Sequence record: ON287375.1
DNA: 64,000 nt
Reading direction: 5' to 3' (one strand)
How positions within the stretch are numbered: position 1 is the first letter of the stretch; each line of letters begins with the position of its first letter. The notes under the pieces are model-generated. The model was given only the letters and a program-made list of their open reading frames with translations. It searched no databases and was not told where the DNA came from. A program made the position numbers and the translations under genes. Below, piece by piece: positions 1 through 8,698 of this stretch.

Positions 1-2
1 TG

Positions 3-350
3 GTGTTGGTTTTTCTGCTGTTGATTGGTGCTATCTGGTTGGGGTCTATTCTTCTGCGTGAAGCTGAAGATATCAAGGCTGCTTCTAAGAACGTCCAATC
101 TGCTTTCCATGCGGTCGATGTAGAGATCACAAGAAAGCTTAAAAATAACCGAGCCATTCACTTTGCTGATCTTTTAAGGATAGTTGAGAAAGTAAGCAAT
201 TTAATACCTGGAGTTAGAGTAGAGCTGGAGAAGGACTTCGAACGTAAACAAGTCAGCATCGTTATTGAGAGCGATGGTATCAGGGCAACCTATACCTTAC
301 TGGCTACTATCGTAGAGATGCCTTACAGATCTGCTGCTAAAAATATCTAA
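3..350 (+). CDS. Hypothetical membrane-anchored protein (may begin upstream of the window)
   Basis: Open frame with a hydrophobic N-terminal stretch (LVFLLLIGAIWLGSILL); ends at TAA 350. Confidence 0.55.
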   Translation: MLVFLLLIGAIWLGSILLREAEDIKAASKNVQSAFHAVDVEITRKLKNNRAIHFADLLRIVEKVSNLIPGVRVELEKDFERKQVSIVIESDGIRATYTLLATIVEMPYRSAAKNI

Positions 351-641
351 AACGACACATGCAATGGGAATCTCTTATTTGAAAAAGTAATAGATTTCTA
401 TTGTATGTAGTCTTGGATTCTCATCTTACCTGTTTCTCCCCTTGGGGTAGGAATGGGGATACAAGATTTTCTCTTCTTTGGTCTTACTTTAAGGGGTTTG
501 GGGTCAGATTTCATTCTCTTCTTCTTCTCTTACCTTTTAAGGTAATTATACTTATTATATATTAAGTATATATAGAGTAAGTATTAGAGCGAAGAGAAAA
601 CCCTTTTGAGAAAATCAAATTAACTTATAGGAAAAGAAACA

Positions 642-1055
642 ATGATCAACTGGTTAAAGTCTTTATTCAAACCTACTTGTCAAGATGAATGGTTGTCTAA
701 AGAGTACGATAAGTATAACGAACAGTTTGAAGATTTTTATAATAAGCTAGTAGAGCTGTCAAGTACAAGCGAGCCTAAGTACGGTAGAATGGAATTTGAT
801 ATCGGTAGCTTTAAGTGGAGTGGTGGTTGGCTAATTGCTTCCTACTACTTTGATGTTTACCCTATCAAACAAACTCGTCATTCCCGATATATGGGTCGTA
901 TCTATATCGGCAGAGACATTATAGGCGGTAAGTGCAGACTGAACATCCATAGTTGTGATGCCAAGCATAAAGTTAAACAAGAGAAAATCTTCTTCGAAGA
1001 AGTATTGAAGAAAGAACACCTACAAGAAGCTATTCAGTTAATTACCAATCAATAA
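642..1055 (+). CDS. Hypothetical early protein with amphipathic N-terminus (MINWLKSLFK)
   Basis: SD AGGA upstream; followed by a hairpin; no recognisable family. Confidence 0.7.
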   Translation: MINWLKSLFKPTCQDEWLSKEYDKYNEQFEDFYNKLVELSSTSEPKYGRMEFDIGSFKWSGGWLIASYYFDVYPIKQTRHSRYMGRIYIGRDIIGGKCRLNIHSCDAKHKVKQEKIFFEEVLKKEHLQEAIQLITNQ

Positions 1056-1058
1056 ACT

Positions 1059-1089
1059 ACTCTGGTTATCCGTAAAGGGTAACTGGGGT
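1059..1089 (+). terminator. Intergenic stem-loop (terminator-like, no U tract)
   Basis: ACTCTGGTTATCC-gtaaa-GGGTAACTGGGGT pairs with G:U wobble just after the stop codon. Confidence 0.5.
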
Positions 1090-1121
1090 GATAAACCTAT
1101 GTTTAATTAAGGAGTATAGAA

Positions 1122-1499
1122 ATGAAACCAGAAACTATCGAAAGTATTAAGAGTGCAATTAAAGCAGCCATCTCAGAAATCAAAGAGAAAGGATACGACC
1201 AGCGTTTTAAAGAAATGTTGCACTCTGTTCGTTATTCGTTCTCTTCTGAATTAGATATTAATGGCAAAGAGATGATCATCTCAGATACTCGCTATGCTCT
1301 TTGCGGTGATAATATCACAGGTCGATTTATCAGAATTTATGGGAACATTAGCTCAATAGTTCCGATGCTGGCCACTACCATCACATATGACGGGGAAGAT
1401 TTCAAACTCGAAAACCATATTGAAAGATCAACCACACGTTATATCGATTTGCTGTCTGACGATAATGGACAATTAAACATTCTGATGGACTATTTATAA
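1122..1499 (+). CDS. Hypothetical protein
   Basis: Strong SD AAGGAG; 125 aa. Confidence 0.8.
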   Translation: MKPETIESIKSAIKAAISEIKEKGYDQRFKEMLHSVRYSFSSELDINGKEMIISDTRYALCGDNITGRFIRIYGNISSIVPMLATTITYDGEDFKLENHIERSTTRYIDLLSDDNGQLNILMDYL

Positions 1500-1501
1500 T
1501 T

Positions 1502-2098
1502 ATGAATACTTTATCTTATTTAAGCCTTATGGAGCAATCTTTGGTTCGTTACGATATGGCTAACGATATGCTCAAATGGGCACAGTCTATGTCAAAGACT
1601 TCTTTGGCTAAACGTAACTTCCGTCAGCTGAAGAAGTTCCTTCAGAACAAAGGTTATGAATATGAACGCCCTTACCCGTATAAAGGTAAGGAGCGTTGTA
1701 CTGTAAGTTTGTTAGACATTGTTCGTCAGATTGAGAGTGATAATTTCCTGAAACCTCACTGGGGTATAATGGATCAGGATGTCGCTCACATGTATCTCAC
1801 TCCAATAGAACCCCTGAATGGCCAGAAGGTGGGAATGGTTGGTCGTGAAGTTCCAGAGGTTGATGCCCGTATGGAGATTCCTGGTTTACAAAATCTGATA
1901 GATAAACGTTATAGCGCTGATCTACCAGTAACGGAAGTTAAAAGCTGGATGCCGCCTTCTCAAGAAAGTGTTGATGAAGTCAACAGAATTTTGAAAGATG
2001 TTATCGAAGGTAAGAAAGAAGGTAATCCATTAGATCTCTATGGCATTACAACACGTACTCAACCATACTCTATTATGAAGGAACAAAATAATGATTAA
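1502..2098 (+). CDS. Hypothetical protein
   Basis: 198 aa, tightly packed in the operon; overlaps the next gene by 8 nt. Confidence 0.75.
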   Translation: MNTLSYLSLMEQSLVRYDMANDMLKWAQSMSKTSLAKRNFRQLKKFLQNKGYEYERPYPYKGKERCTVSLLDIVRQIESDNFLKPHWGIMDQDVAHMYLTPIEPLNGQKVGMVGREVPEVDARMEIPGLQNLIDKRYSADLPVTEVKSWMPPSQESVDEVNRILKDVIEGKKEGNPLDLYGITTRTQPYSIMKEQNND

Positions 2099-2663
2099 AC
2101 CCATGTACTTTATCGAAATCCGTTTTGGTCAGATCATTAAAGAACGCCTAGCTCGTACTGATCGTACTATTACGTCATTAGCTAATGCCTTGTGTCTGAG
2201 TGAGAGTGCGATCAACGAAGTTTTTAACGGTGAGTGTAGCATTGGTAAATACTTTACATTCGGACAGTTTGATCGTTTCTTCCAAACCAAAATTGGTTAC
2301 TTTGCTAGCGTGTATGAGAATTGCAAGGTAATGATATTGAAAGAGGTTCAAGATATCCCACTTGAACCTGAATACATTCAGGTTCCATTCGACCTCATTC
2401 TGGATGCTTGTCATCTTGTTCATGAGATGTACCGTATTAAAGATCGCTTGGGTAATGGTTGTAACCGAGTGTTTGAAAATAAAGAAACCGGCCAATCAGT
2501 CAGTGTTAGTTTTTACCGTATGAATGATATCAACGGTAATGACGATTTCGCTAAAGTTAAGTATGGTGAATTCGAAATCAACTATAAGGCCGGAATGGTC
2601 CGCCTTTCCAACTATAAACTTATGGCATCTTACTTTGCCTACCATTTAGGAAAATCAGAATGA
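2091..2663 (+). CDS. XRE/HigA-like helix-turn-helix protein with unknown C-terminal domain
   Basis: GQIIKERL...TITSLANALCLSESAINEVFNG...FDRFFQT matches the HigA/VapI antitoxin HTH pattern; SD AAGGA. Confidence 0.65.
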   Translation: MIKPMYFIEIRFGQIIKERLARTDRTITSLANALCLSESAINEVFNGECSIGKYFTFGQFDRFFQTKIGYFASVYENCKVMILKEVQDIPLEPEYIQVPFDLILDACHLVHEMYRIKDRLGNGCNRVFENKETGQSVSVSFYRMNDINGNDDFAKVKYGEFEINYKAGMVRLSNYKLMASYFAYHLGKSE

Positions 2664-3031
2664 AAACCGTAACTATCTCACTTGAATTACTTCAGCGTTT
2701 AGTTGATGCAGCTTATGACTTTCACCCAGCTAACCCAGCGGCAGATGAAGGTCAGGAAATTATCAATAAAGCAACAGCAAGTAAAGCTGAAACCTTCAAT
2801 GATAAATTCTTAGAAGAAGTTATTGTTGGCGAACGTCACCGGCAGTTAGAGATCGTTCGCAATTGGTCTGAACAAAACGGTGTGGTATTAACAGCTAAAC
2901 CTGCTGAAGGGTTTATGGTGGTCCCCACTAAGTTAGCTCGCGACGTCGTAGATCATATCTCTGCAGGTCATGATCATTGCGATGAGTCTTTAGAATTACT
3001 TAACTTGGTTAAGGTAGCGGAAGGTAATTAA
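2660..3031 (+). CDS. Hypothetical protein
   Basis: ATGA overlap with upstream gene; SD AGGA. Confidence 0.75.
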   Translation: MKTVTISLELLQRLVDAAYDFHPANPAADEGQEIINKATASKAETFNDKFLEEVIVGERHRQLEIVRNWSEQNGVVLTAKPAEGFMVVPTKLARDVVDHISAGHDHCDESLELLNLVKVAEGN

Positions 3032-3032
3032 A

Positions 3033-3422
3033 ATGAGTATCACTATTTCTTTATTGATATCACTCTTAATCGGCTTTGGTTGTGGGTGTATAACCAAAGC
3101 TCTTTTGACCAAAAGAAAGGAACGTAAAGAAGAAGTTCAGCGAACAAAAGAACTTCTTAAAGAAACGGAACTTCCACCCAAAGCGTTACTGAACTCAATT
3201 GGCGTTCATCTTTATGCAGTGTGTTCCATCAAACAACTTAGGACATATGACGAGTGCCTTGAGTTTATTGAAGAACAACTCAATTGGTACCTACCTTTAG
3301 CTAAGGAGTTAACCTGGACAACCCACAATGCTGGGTTTAATAAGCTAGAGGTTATCGTCAAGTATAAAGGCGCAACCATGAAAGTGGAAATTGAACTCAC
3401 TAAATCTAAAAGGAATATCTAA
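3033..3422 (+). CDS. Hypothetical protein with N-terminal transmembrane/signal segment
   Basis: MSITISLLISLLIGFGCGCITKALL followed by a basic stretch. Confidence 0.7.
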   Translation: MSITISLLISLLIGFGCGCITKALLTKRKERKEEVQRTKELLKETELPPKALLNSIGVHLYAVCSIKQLRTYDECLEFIEEQLNWYLPLAKELTWTTHNAGFNKLEVIVKYKGATMKVEIELTKSKRNI

Positions 3423-3423
3423 C

Positions 3424-3780
3424 ATGGCTCATTATTTAGAGATCGACCTGGTTCCTAAAGAACTAGTAGGTGAAAAGAAAAGCATCGGTTATTGTGATCT
3501 TGAATCCAAAGACATTCGAGGGGTATTTTCAGAACCCCGCACCACTGATCATAACGATGTTCTTCGTGGGATCTTTAAAGCTGATTGGGACGACTGTGAT
3601 TATTATGTACTCACACCGGCATTGGTAGATGAGATCATTGCTAAATTCAGCAAAATGGATCTTGAAGATCTGTTTATTGAAACCGATAAGCATGATCGCA
3701 TCATGAAAGCAATGCGGGCTGTTCAGGATAACATCGAACCTAACTCAGAAGTCTGTTATGTAATTAGCTGGAGTAAATAG
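3424..3780 (+). CDS. Hypothetical protein
   Basis: Start moved from 3391 to ATG 3424 (SD AAGGA, directly after the upstream stop). Confidence 0.75.
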   Translation: MAHYLEIDLVPKELVGEKKSIGYCDLESKDIRGVFSEPRTTDHNDVLRGIFKADWDDCDYYVLTPALVDEIIAKFSKMDLEDLFIETDKHDRIMKAMRAVQDNIEPNSEVCYVISWSK

Positions 3781-4136
3781 TGAGAACTTTAGAATCTTTC
3801 CGTGACGAGTTGTGTGAACTCACTGCACATGCTCTCGACAACCTGGTTATCCAAAACAAGCCAGAGTTTCAAACCGTTCAGAAACATAATGGCGGTGGTC
3901 CTGATAACCACGCGCCAACTGAAGTGACCTTTACTCGTGAAGGGCCTTTAGAAATTATCACCATTCCTTTCTATGGTAAGGAAGTTAAACTACGCTTTAA
4001 GTTTGGTTATCCTCGTGACACTATCCCACAAGGCGTACTCGATCGTTTCAAAGATAACCGTGATAATAACGTGAAGAATATTGCAATAATGTTTAACCAC
4101 GTTATCCATGAAGTGTTTGAAACACAACCTAAATAA
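3780..4136 (+). CDS. Hypothetical protein
   Basis: GTG start overlapping upstream TAG; SD GGAG. Confidence 0.75.
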   Translation: MRTLESFRDELCELTAHALDNLVIQNKPEFQTVQKHNGGGPDNHAPTEVTFTREGPLEIITIPFYGKEVKLRFKFGYPRDTIPQGVLDRFKDNRDNNVKNIAIMFNHVIHEVFETQPK

Positions 4137-4169
4137 CACCATCTGACTAAACTGTATAAGGAAACGTAA

Positions 4170-4505
4170 GTGGAAACTAAAGCTGGAAACCGTTCTGTAT
4201 CTAAAGGTATTCTGAAAGCTGCTATTCGTGATGGGATGTTGGAAGTTTATAAATCCAACCAACCAGTTGAACCTGAACTGGAAGTGGATACTATCCTGGG
4301 TAAGATGCGCTTTAAAACTCGCCCTACCTCCCCAGATGAAGTCACTATCATTTATCTTAACGGTCACCGCCTTTACAAGATTTTGGTAGATTGCCGTCAG
4401 TCCCGTGATCGTATCGAATTCGCTCAACACATCGAAGAAAAACTCAGTCGTGAGTCCTTCGATCGTCAGTGCGACAAAGTTCTTGCTTATCCAGTTACCA
4501 AATAA
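4170..4505 (+). CDS. Hypothetical protein
   Basis: GTG start with SD AAGGA; followed by a terminator. Confidence 0.75.
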   Translation: METKAGNRSVSKGILKAAIRDGMLEVYKSNQPVEPELEVDTILGKMRFKTRPTSPDEVTIIYLNGHRLYKILVDCRQSRDRIEFAQHIEEKLSRESFDRQCDKVLAYPVTK

Positions 4506-4510
4506 CAACT

Positions 4511-4545
4511 AACCACTGCCCCCAAATGGAGGCAGTGGTTTTTAT
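4511..4545 (+). terminator. Rho-independent terminator
   Basis: AACCACTGCC-loop-GGCAGTGGTT followed by TTTAT. Confidence 0.85.
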
Positions 4546-4556
4546 GTTGCATATGT

Positions 4557-4583
4557 TTTTGAATAGATATTATTCAAGTGAAT
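4557..4583 (+). promoter_or_regulatory. Putative phage early promoter (ATATTAT-core motif)
   Basis: TTTTGAATAGATATTATTCAAGTG; copy of a motif seen 9 times upstream of genes; resembles the phiKZ early TATATTAC consensus. Confidence 0.7.
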
Positions 4584-4613
4584 GTAATAACATTAATTTT
4601 AAAGGAGTTCAAA

Positions 4614-5225
4614 ATGACTTTAATCAATAAAACTTTCGCACAACAGGCCAAAGACCAGGTAATTGAACATCTGGCCAAACAACTGGCTGGTAAAGCTAAC
4701 AGCAATTTCTTTAACCTGAAAGATTCCAATATCGGAGTCAATATCCGCACTACTGCTAACTCTCATACTAAACTGACTAAGTATGAGATTTATGTAGCTA
4801 ACCAGATGGTGGGGTCTGGTACTGTTAGGTTTGATACTAAAATCATTCTTGATAAATCCCTGGCTGATACCTTAGCTGAAAATATCTTTGCTGTACTTCT
4901 CACCTATATCTCCAAAGAGTCCGGTGCCATTGAAGCAGTTGATAACATGCTTCGTGGTGTTACTACTTCTAATGAAGTTGAACATCCTTATGGAATTAAT
5001 ATCAAATTCCACACTGATGACGACCATCAGGTAATGATGCTGACTAAAGGTAAAGAAGTTCTTTATGCTTTAGAAGAAGCAGTGAATCTTGATCAAGGTA
5101 TCGGCACTGATCTGTTCACTCCGATTGAACAACTGAAAGGCCGTATTGGTAAAGTTCTCCGTCACTATTCTGAACGAGAAGACTTTGCTGTAGAATATGA
5201 ATTCGAACCTACTACCCAATTTTAA
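4614..5225 (+). CDS. Hypothetical early protein (probable paralog of 5240-5872)
   Basis: Start moved to ATG 4614 (SD AAGGAG); the track GTG 4578 lies inside the promoter motif. Confidence 0.8.
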   Translation: MTLINKTFAQQAKDQVIEHLAKQLAGKANSNFFNLKDSNIGVNIRTTANSHTKLTKYEIYVANQMVGSGTVRFDTKIILDKSLADTLAENIFAVLLTYISKESGAIEAVDNMLRGVTTSNEVEHPYGINIKFHTDDDHQVMMLTKGKEVLYALEEAVNLDQGIGTDLFTPIEQLKGRIGKVLRHYSEREDFAVEYEFEPTTQF

Positions 5226-5239
5226 TTTAAGGAAATAAA

Positions 5240-5872
5240 ATGATTGTTAATAAAGAGTGCCTGCGTAAGCTGGCAGAGTTGACTATCTCTCGTTTAATTA
5301 TTGATGGAACTCAGATTGCTTGGTCTGGCGATTACCAGATCAATTTGCTGGACGGTAATATTGATATCCTAATTGATGTCAAGTTATCTGAAGTTGGTGA
5401 CTACGGTGTCCGTTTAGCACTTAACCACACCGGGACCACTATCGGAACAATCGTCATTAAAGATTGCCGGATGTTCAGCCGAGATGCACTGAAGGTTGAA
5501 CTTTCTAAGTGGCGTGAACAAACTCAGAAATATCTGATTAATAACTTTGCCAAATGGCTGGTTAATCGTCATATCAAAAATGACCTGAATGTGAAACACT
5601 GGATCTGTGCTGCATCTACCGATGACCTAATCGGTTCAATGTTCCTTTCCGGTCTTCGCTTCAAAGCTAAGGTGAGATCGAATACTGCATGGTTCCAAGT
5701 TGAAGAAAACGATGTGGTACTCTACAGAGTAGAACGTTCCAATTTCCTGAACATGACAACTGAGCAAGGTTGGCAGGGAATGAACATCAACACAGTAACT
5801 GCTGAACTGGGCCGAGTACTTGTGACCTTACTTGCTCAGCGTGAAGGTTTTCTTATTCCGGTCGTTATGTAA
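5240..5872 (+). CDS. Hypothetical early protein (probable paralog of 4614-5225)
   Basis: SD AAGGA; C-terminal VLY.VE...LGRVL...QREGF resembles the upstream protein. Confidence 0.8.
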   Translation: MIVNKECLRKLAELTISRLIIDGTQIAWSGDYQINLLDGNIDILIDVKLSEVGDYGVRLALNHTGTTIGTIVIKDCRMFSRDALKVELSKWREQTQKYLINNFAKWLVNRHIKNDLNVKHWICAASTDDLIGSMFLSGLRFKAKVRSNTAWFQVEENDVVLYRVERSNFLNMTTEQGWQGMNINTVTAELGRVLVTLLAQREGFLIPVVM

Positions 5873-6192
5873 TGGCTATACCTAAGAAACATCTCCCAAG
5901 GGTTACTAAATTCGTCGAGATTGTTTTGGGTATGGTAGTAAGAGAAGAATTGGCTCATTGCTTTTATAAGCGCGGGCCCTTAGATTCCAATTACGTATTG
6001 GTTATCAGTAACAACGTTCTTCTCCCTCCCTATAACGACGATCGTATTGAGTTCTTTGCCCAAGTTAATGATAAGAAGGTTGGTCCTTTCACAATCACTG
6101 GCGAAGACTTAGCTAAACATAATCTTGATCCTAAACTGGTTAAAGAAGTTGTAGATGGGATCATGAAAATTCGCATTAAGGAAATGAAATGA
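5872..6192 (+). CDS. Hypothetical protein
   Basis: TAATG coupling with the upstream gene. Confidence 0.75.
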   Translation: MAIPKKHLPRVTKFVEIVLGMVVREELAHCFYKRGPLDSNYVLVISNNVLLPPYNDDRIEFFAQVNDKKVGPFTITGEDLAKHNLDPKLVKEVVDGIMKIRIKEMK

Positions 6193-6905
6193 AACTAACA
6201 GTTAAAGCTTTGATGAAGATGGAAGATACCTTCATCAACATGGTTCGTGATGTTGCCAATGAAATGATTGAACTCGGACGAAGCGATGACCAGAGCGATG
6301 TTAAACGCCACACCATCAGTTTCGATAAAGCCGGTGAAATTAACATCGATTTCTACATCTCCAACAATCCCCTGCACCGAATGCTGTCGGTTGAAATGGC
6401 AGCTGATGTAAGGGCATGTGTTCACATCCCTTATCGTGGTCCTTACTTATTCACTATCGGTGAGAAAGAAATTGAATCCGGTAAGGTAGAACATGCCGAA
6501 GTAGTTGACTGTGCTAAACGCTTGATGCGTGAATATGCTTTAGGCATGGCATGTTACTGGATGGAAGAAACGGGTGATTTGAAACGAGCCCTTGAATATA
6601 TGGATAACGATGATCCAACCTCCATCAGAGAAATGATGGACGGAATGATTGATATCCATATTAATGATACTGGTTGTTCTATCGCCCTGTTTGAACATAG
6701 CGGCAAGCCAATTGCAACTGACGCTAAATTTGATAGTGTCGGACTAAATGGTGCCAAAAGCAAAGAAGTATACAGACACTTCATTAAAAATCGTCTGAAA
6801 ACATACATGGCCTTTGGTTGTGCCTTTAGCGGTCACTACGATATCTGGTCTGCACCACTCACTAAAACTTTGAAGGAATACAACGATGATCACTCTGCAG
6901 AATAA
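6189..6905 (+). CDS. Hypothetical protein
   Basis: ATGA overlap; SD AAGGA; 238 aa. Confidence 0.8.
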   Translation: MKLTVKALMKMEDTFINMVRDVANEMIELGRSDDQSDVKRHTISFDKAGEINIDFYISNNPLHRMLSVEMAADVRACVHIPYRGPYLFTIGEKEIESGKVEHAEVVDCAKRLMREYALGMACYWMEETGDLKRALEYMDNDDPTSIREMMDGMIDIHINDTGCSIALFEHSGKPIATDAKFDSVGLNGAKSKEVYRHFIKNRLKTYMAFGCAFSGHYDIWSAPLTKTLKEYNDDHSAE

Positions 6906-7347
6906 ACTCGCTATCCTGTTCGCCAATGAAACTGATCGTTCCGATCTGGAAACTGCGAACTTGAGCACCCGCACTAATGCCATCCGTCGCATGTTGCGCG
7001 ACATGATTACCCAGTCTTCTGCATTGGGTTATGACGATTTGGAAGAAGGTGCTGAACTGATTACTGAACAGGAAATGACTTCCGGCGTGCCGGTAACTTT
7101 CGATTTACTACAGGTTGATAATCCATTAGTAATCCGGGCGACAATCCAGCGTTATGGTAATGCGGGTAGCAACTACGTCACTTTGAACATTGAAGTTCTT
7201 CTGTCCGAACGTAAGTCCACCTACCTCCAACAGTATTACGTAACCAATTTGTTCGTCGAATCGGTATCACTTTCTCGCCTGTGGAAACGTATGGATCGTA
7301 TTATGAAGGACATCCCTTCACTGGTCGCACCCCTGCTGGCTAACTAA
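6886..7347 (+). CDS. Hypothetical protein
   Basis: SD AAGGA; strong phage codon usage. Confidence 0.8.
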   Translation: MITLQNKLAILFANETDRSDLETANLSTRTNAIRRMLRDMITQSSALGYDDLEEGAELITEQEMTSGVPVTFDLLQVDNPLVIRATIQRYGNAGSNYVTLNIEVLLSERKSTYLQQYYVTNLFVESVSLSRLWKRMDRIMKDIPSLVAPLLAN

Positions 7348-7353
7348 TAAATC

Positions 7354-7373
7354 TAGGGGAGTTTCCTCCCCTA
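7354..7373 (+). terminator. Short intergenic stem-loop
   Basis: TAGGGGAG-tttc-CTCCCCTA. Confidence 0.55.
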
Positions 7374-7398
7374 ACTTAAATCAATCAGGAATATAGAA

Positions 7399-7725
7399 AT
7401 GAAAATCGCTTCAGAAAAGATTACTCGCACTATCGTTAAACATGCCAATACCTTCGCTCAGTTTGACTCTAAACTGGGTTCTACTATTTCCCTGATGCTG
7501 CGCGATGGTGATACTAATCGTTGCCTGCAATCCAAACTCTACGGTTATAACTCTTCTCAAACCGGGATCATTATCGAAGTTCGTATTGACGGTCTGTTGT
7601 TAGATCGTGTAACTCTGACCCGTAAACATGCACAGGGGGATTTTGAACACAAGTACAAAATCGACTATGCTAAACTGTACCACATTGCAGCCAAAGCTCC
7701 AAAGAAGGCTCCAGTAGACGAATAA
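7399..7725 (+). CDS. Hypothetical protein
   Basis: SD AGGA; 108 aa. Confidence 0.8.
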   Translation: MKIASEKITRTIVKHANTFAQFDSKLGSTISLMLRDGDTNRCLQSKLYGYNSSQTGIIIEVRIDGLLLDRVTLTRKHAQGDFEHKYKIDYAKLYHIAAKAPKKAPVDE

Positions 7726-7734
7726 GGTTGAGAT

Positions 7735-8193
7735 ATGCAACGATATGAATTCGCTATTGAGAAGGGTACGCTAGTGGTACACGATCAGGTGACTAATGGA
7801 TCGTTGCGTATCATTTTCAAACCGTTAGGTAAGCCAGAAATCAATCCTGCTTTAGAAGCCTGGAATGATTTAGAAACTGCACTTAACTCAGGTAAGTTAA
7901 TCCTGGGTTTGTTTGGTGTTAACACAATTACCGAACGTAAGGGCTTTAAGTTAGAAGGTGAGGTCGTGCTGTCATCATCTCACCTTTATGACTGTGAAGT
8001 TCGCAATGGTAATTTACACATGGTGTCTTTCAAACAGAAAGCACTTATCTCAGAATCCACATTGCGATATATGGGTTCTAACAGATTCGGTTTAGTAGCA
8101 TTTAAAGATTGCTTCTTCAAAACCAACCCTGAGACTGGTTACTTTAAAAGAACCACCTCTTACTTTAAAAACGAATTAGTGACTGGAGTCTAA
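7735..8193 (+). CDS. Hypothetical beta-rich protein (paralog of 8195-8698)
   Basis: VHDQVTNGSLRI...INPALEAWNDL...KLILGLFG aligns by eye with the next protein. Confidence 0.8.
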   Translation: MQRYEFAIEKGTLVVHDQVTNGSLRIIFKPLGKPEINPALEAWNDLETALNSGKLILGLFGVNTITERKGFKLEGEVVLSSSHLYDCEVRNGNLHMVSFKQKALISESTLRYMGSNRFGLVAFKDCFFKTNPETGYFKRTTSYFKNELVTGV

Positions 8194-8194
8194 A

Positions 8195-8698
8195 ATGAAA
8201 AATACCCCTATTGGTCGTTGGAATGTAATCCTTGATGGTAAACTGATCAAAGTCATTGATCGCCAAACTGGTGGTGAATTGAATATCCACACTACCCACC
8301 ACGATGACCCAGGCGAGAATGATCTCAATCCGACTATCGAGATCATCAATGAACTCTCTGAACAATTGGCCGAACAGCGCCTGATTCTTCAGCTGATCGG
8401 TAAAGAAAACAACATCTATGTAACCGGAACTAATATGGTTCTGGACGGTAGCCTTTCTCTGCATCGCGTTGATCTTGCTAACCCGCACCTTACTGATGTG
8501 GAGCTTCGTATTGTGGATACTCGCGAAGCTAAACAAGTTCGCATGAACAAAACGACCATGTATGAATTCACTTCACCTAAGCTTGAAGGTGAACTTCATA
8601 TTTCACACTGCCATTACACTGGTGTAGCTAAACCGCGTGTTACTTCTTCCCGCACTGAGTTCTATCTGAACGAATGCCGTAATGGAGATATGTGGTAA
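8195..8698 (+). CDS. Hypothetical beta-rich protein (paralog of 7735-8193)
   Basis: VIDRQTGGELNI...LNPTIEIINEL...RLILQLIG; SD GGAG. Confidence 0.8.
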   Translation: MKNTPIGRWNVILDGKLIKVIDRQTGGELNIHTTHHDDPGENDLNPTIEIINELSEQLAEQRLILQLIGKENNIYVTGTNMVLDGSLSLHRVDLANPHLTDVELRIVDTREAKQVRMNKTTMYEFTSPKLEGELHISHCHYTGVAKPRVTSSRTEFYLNECRNGDMW

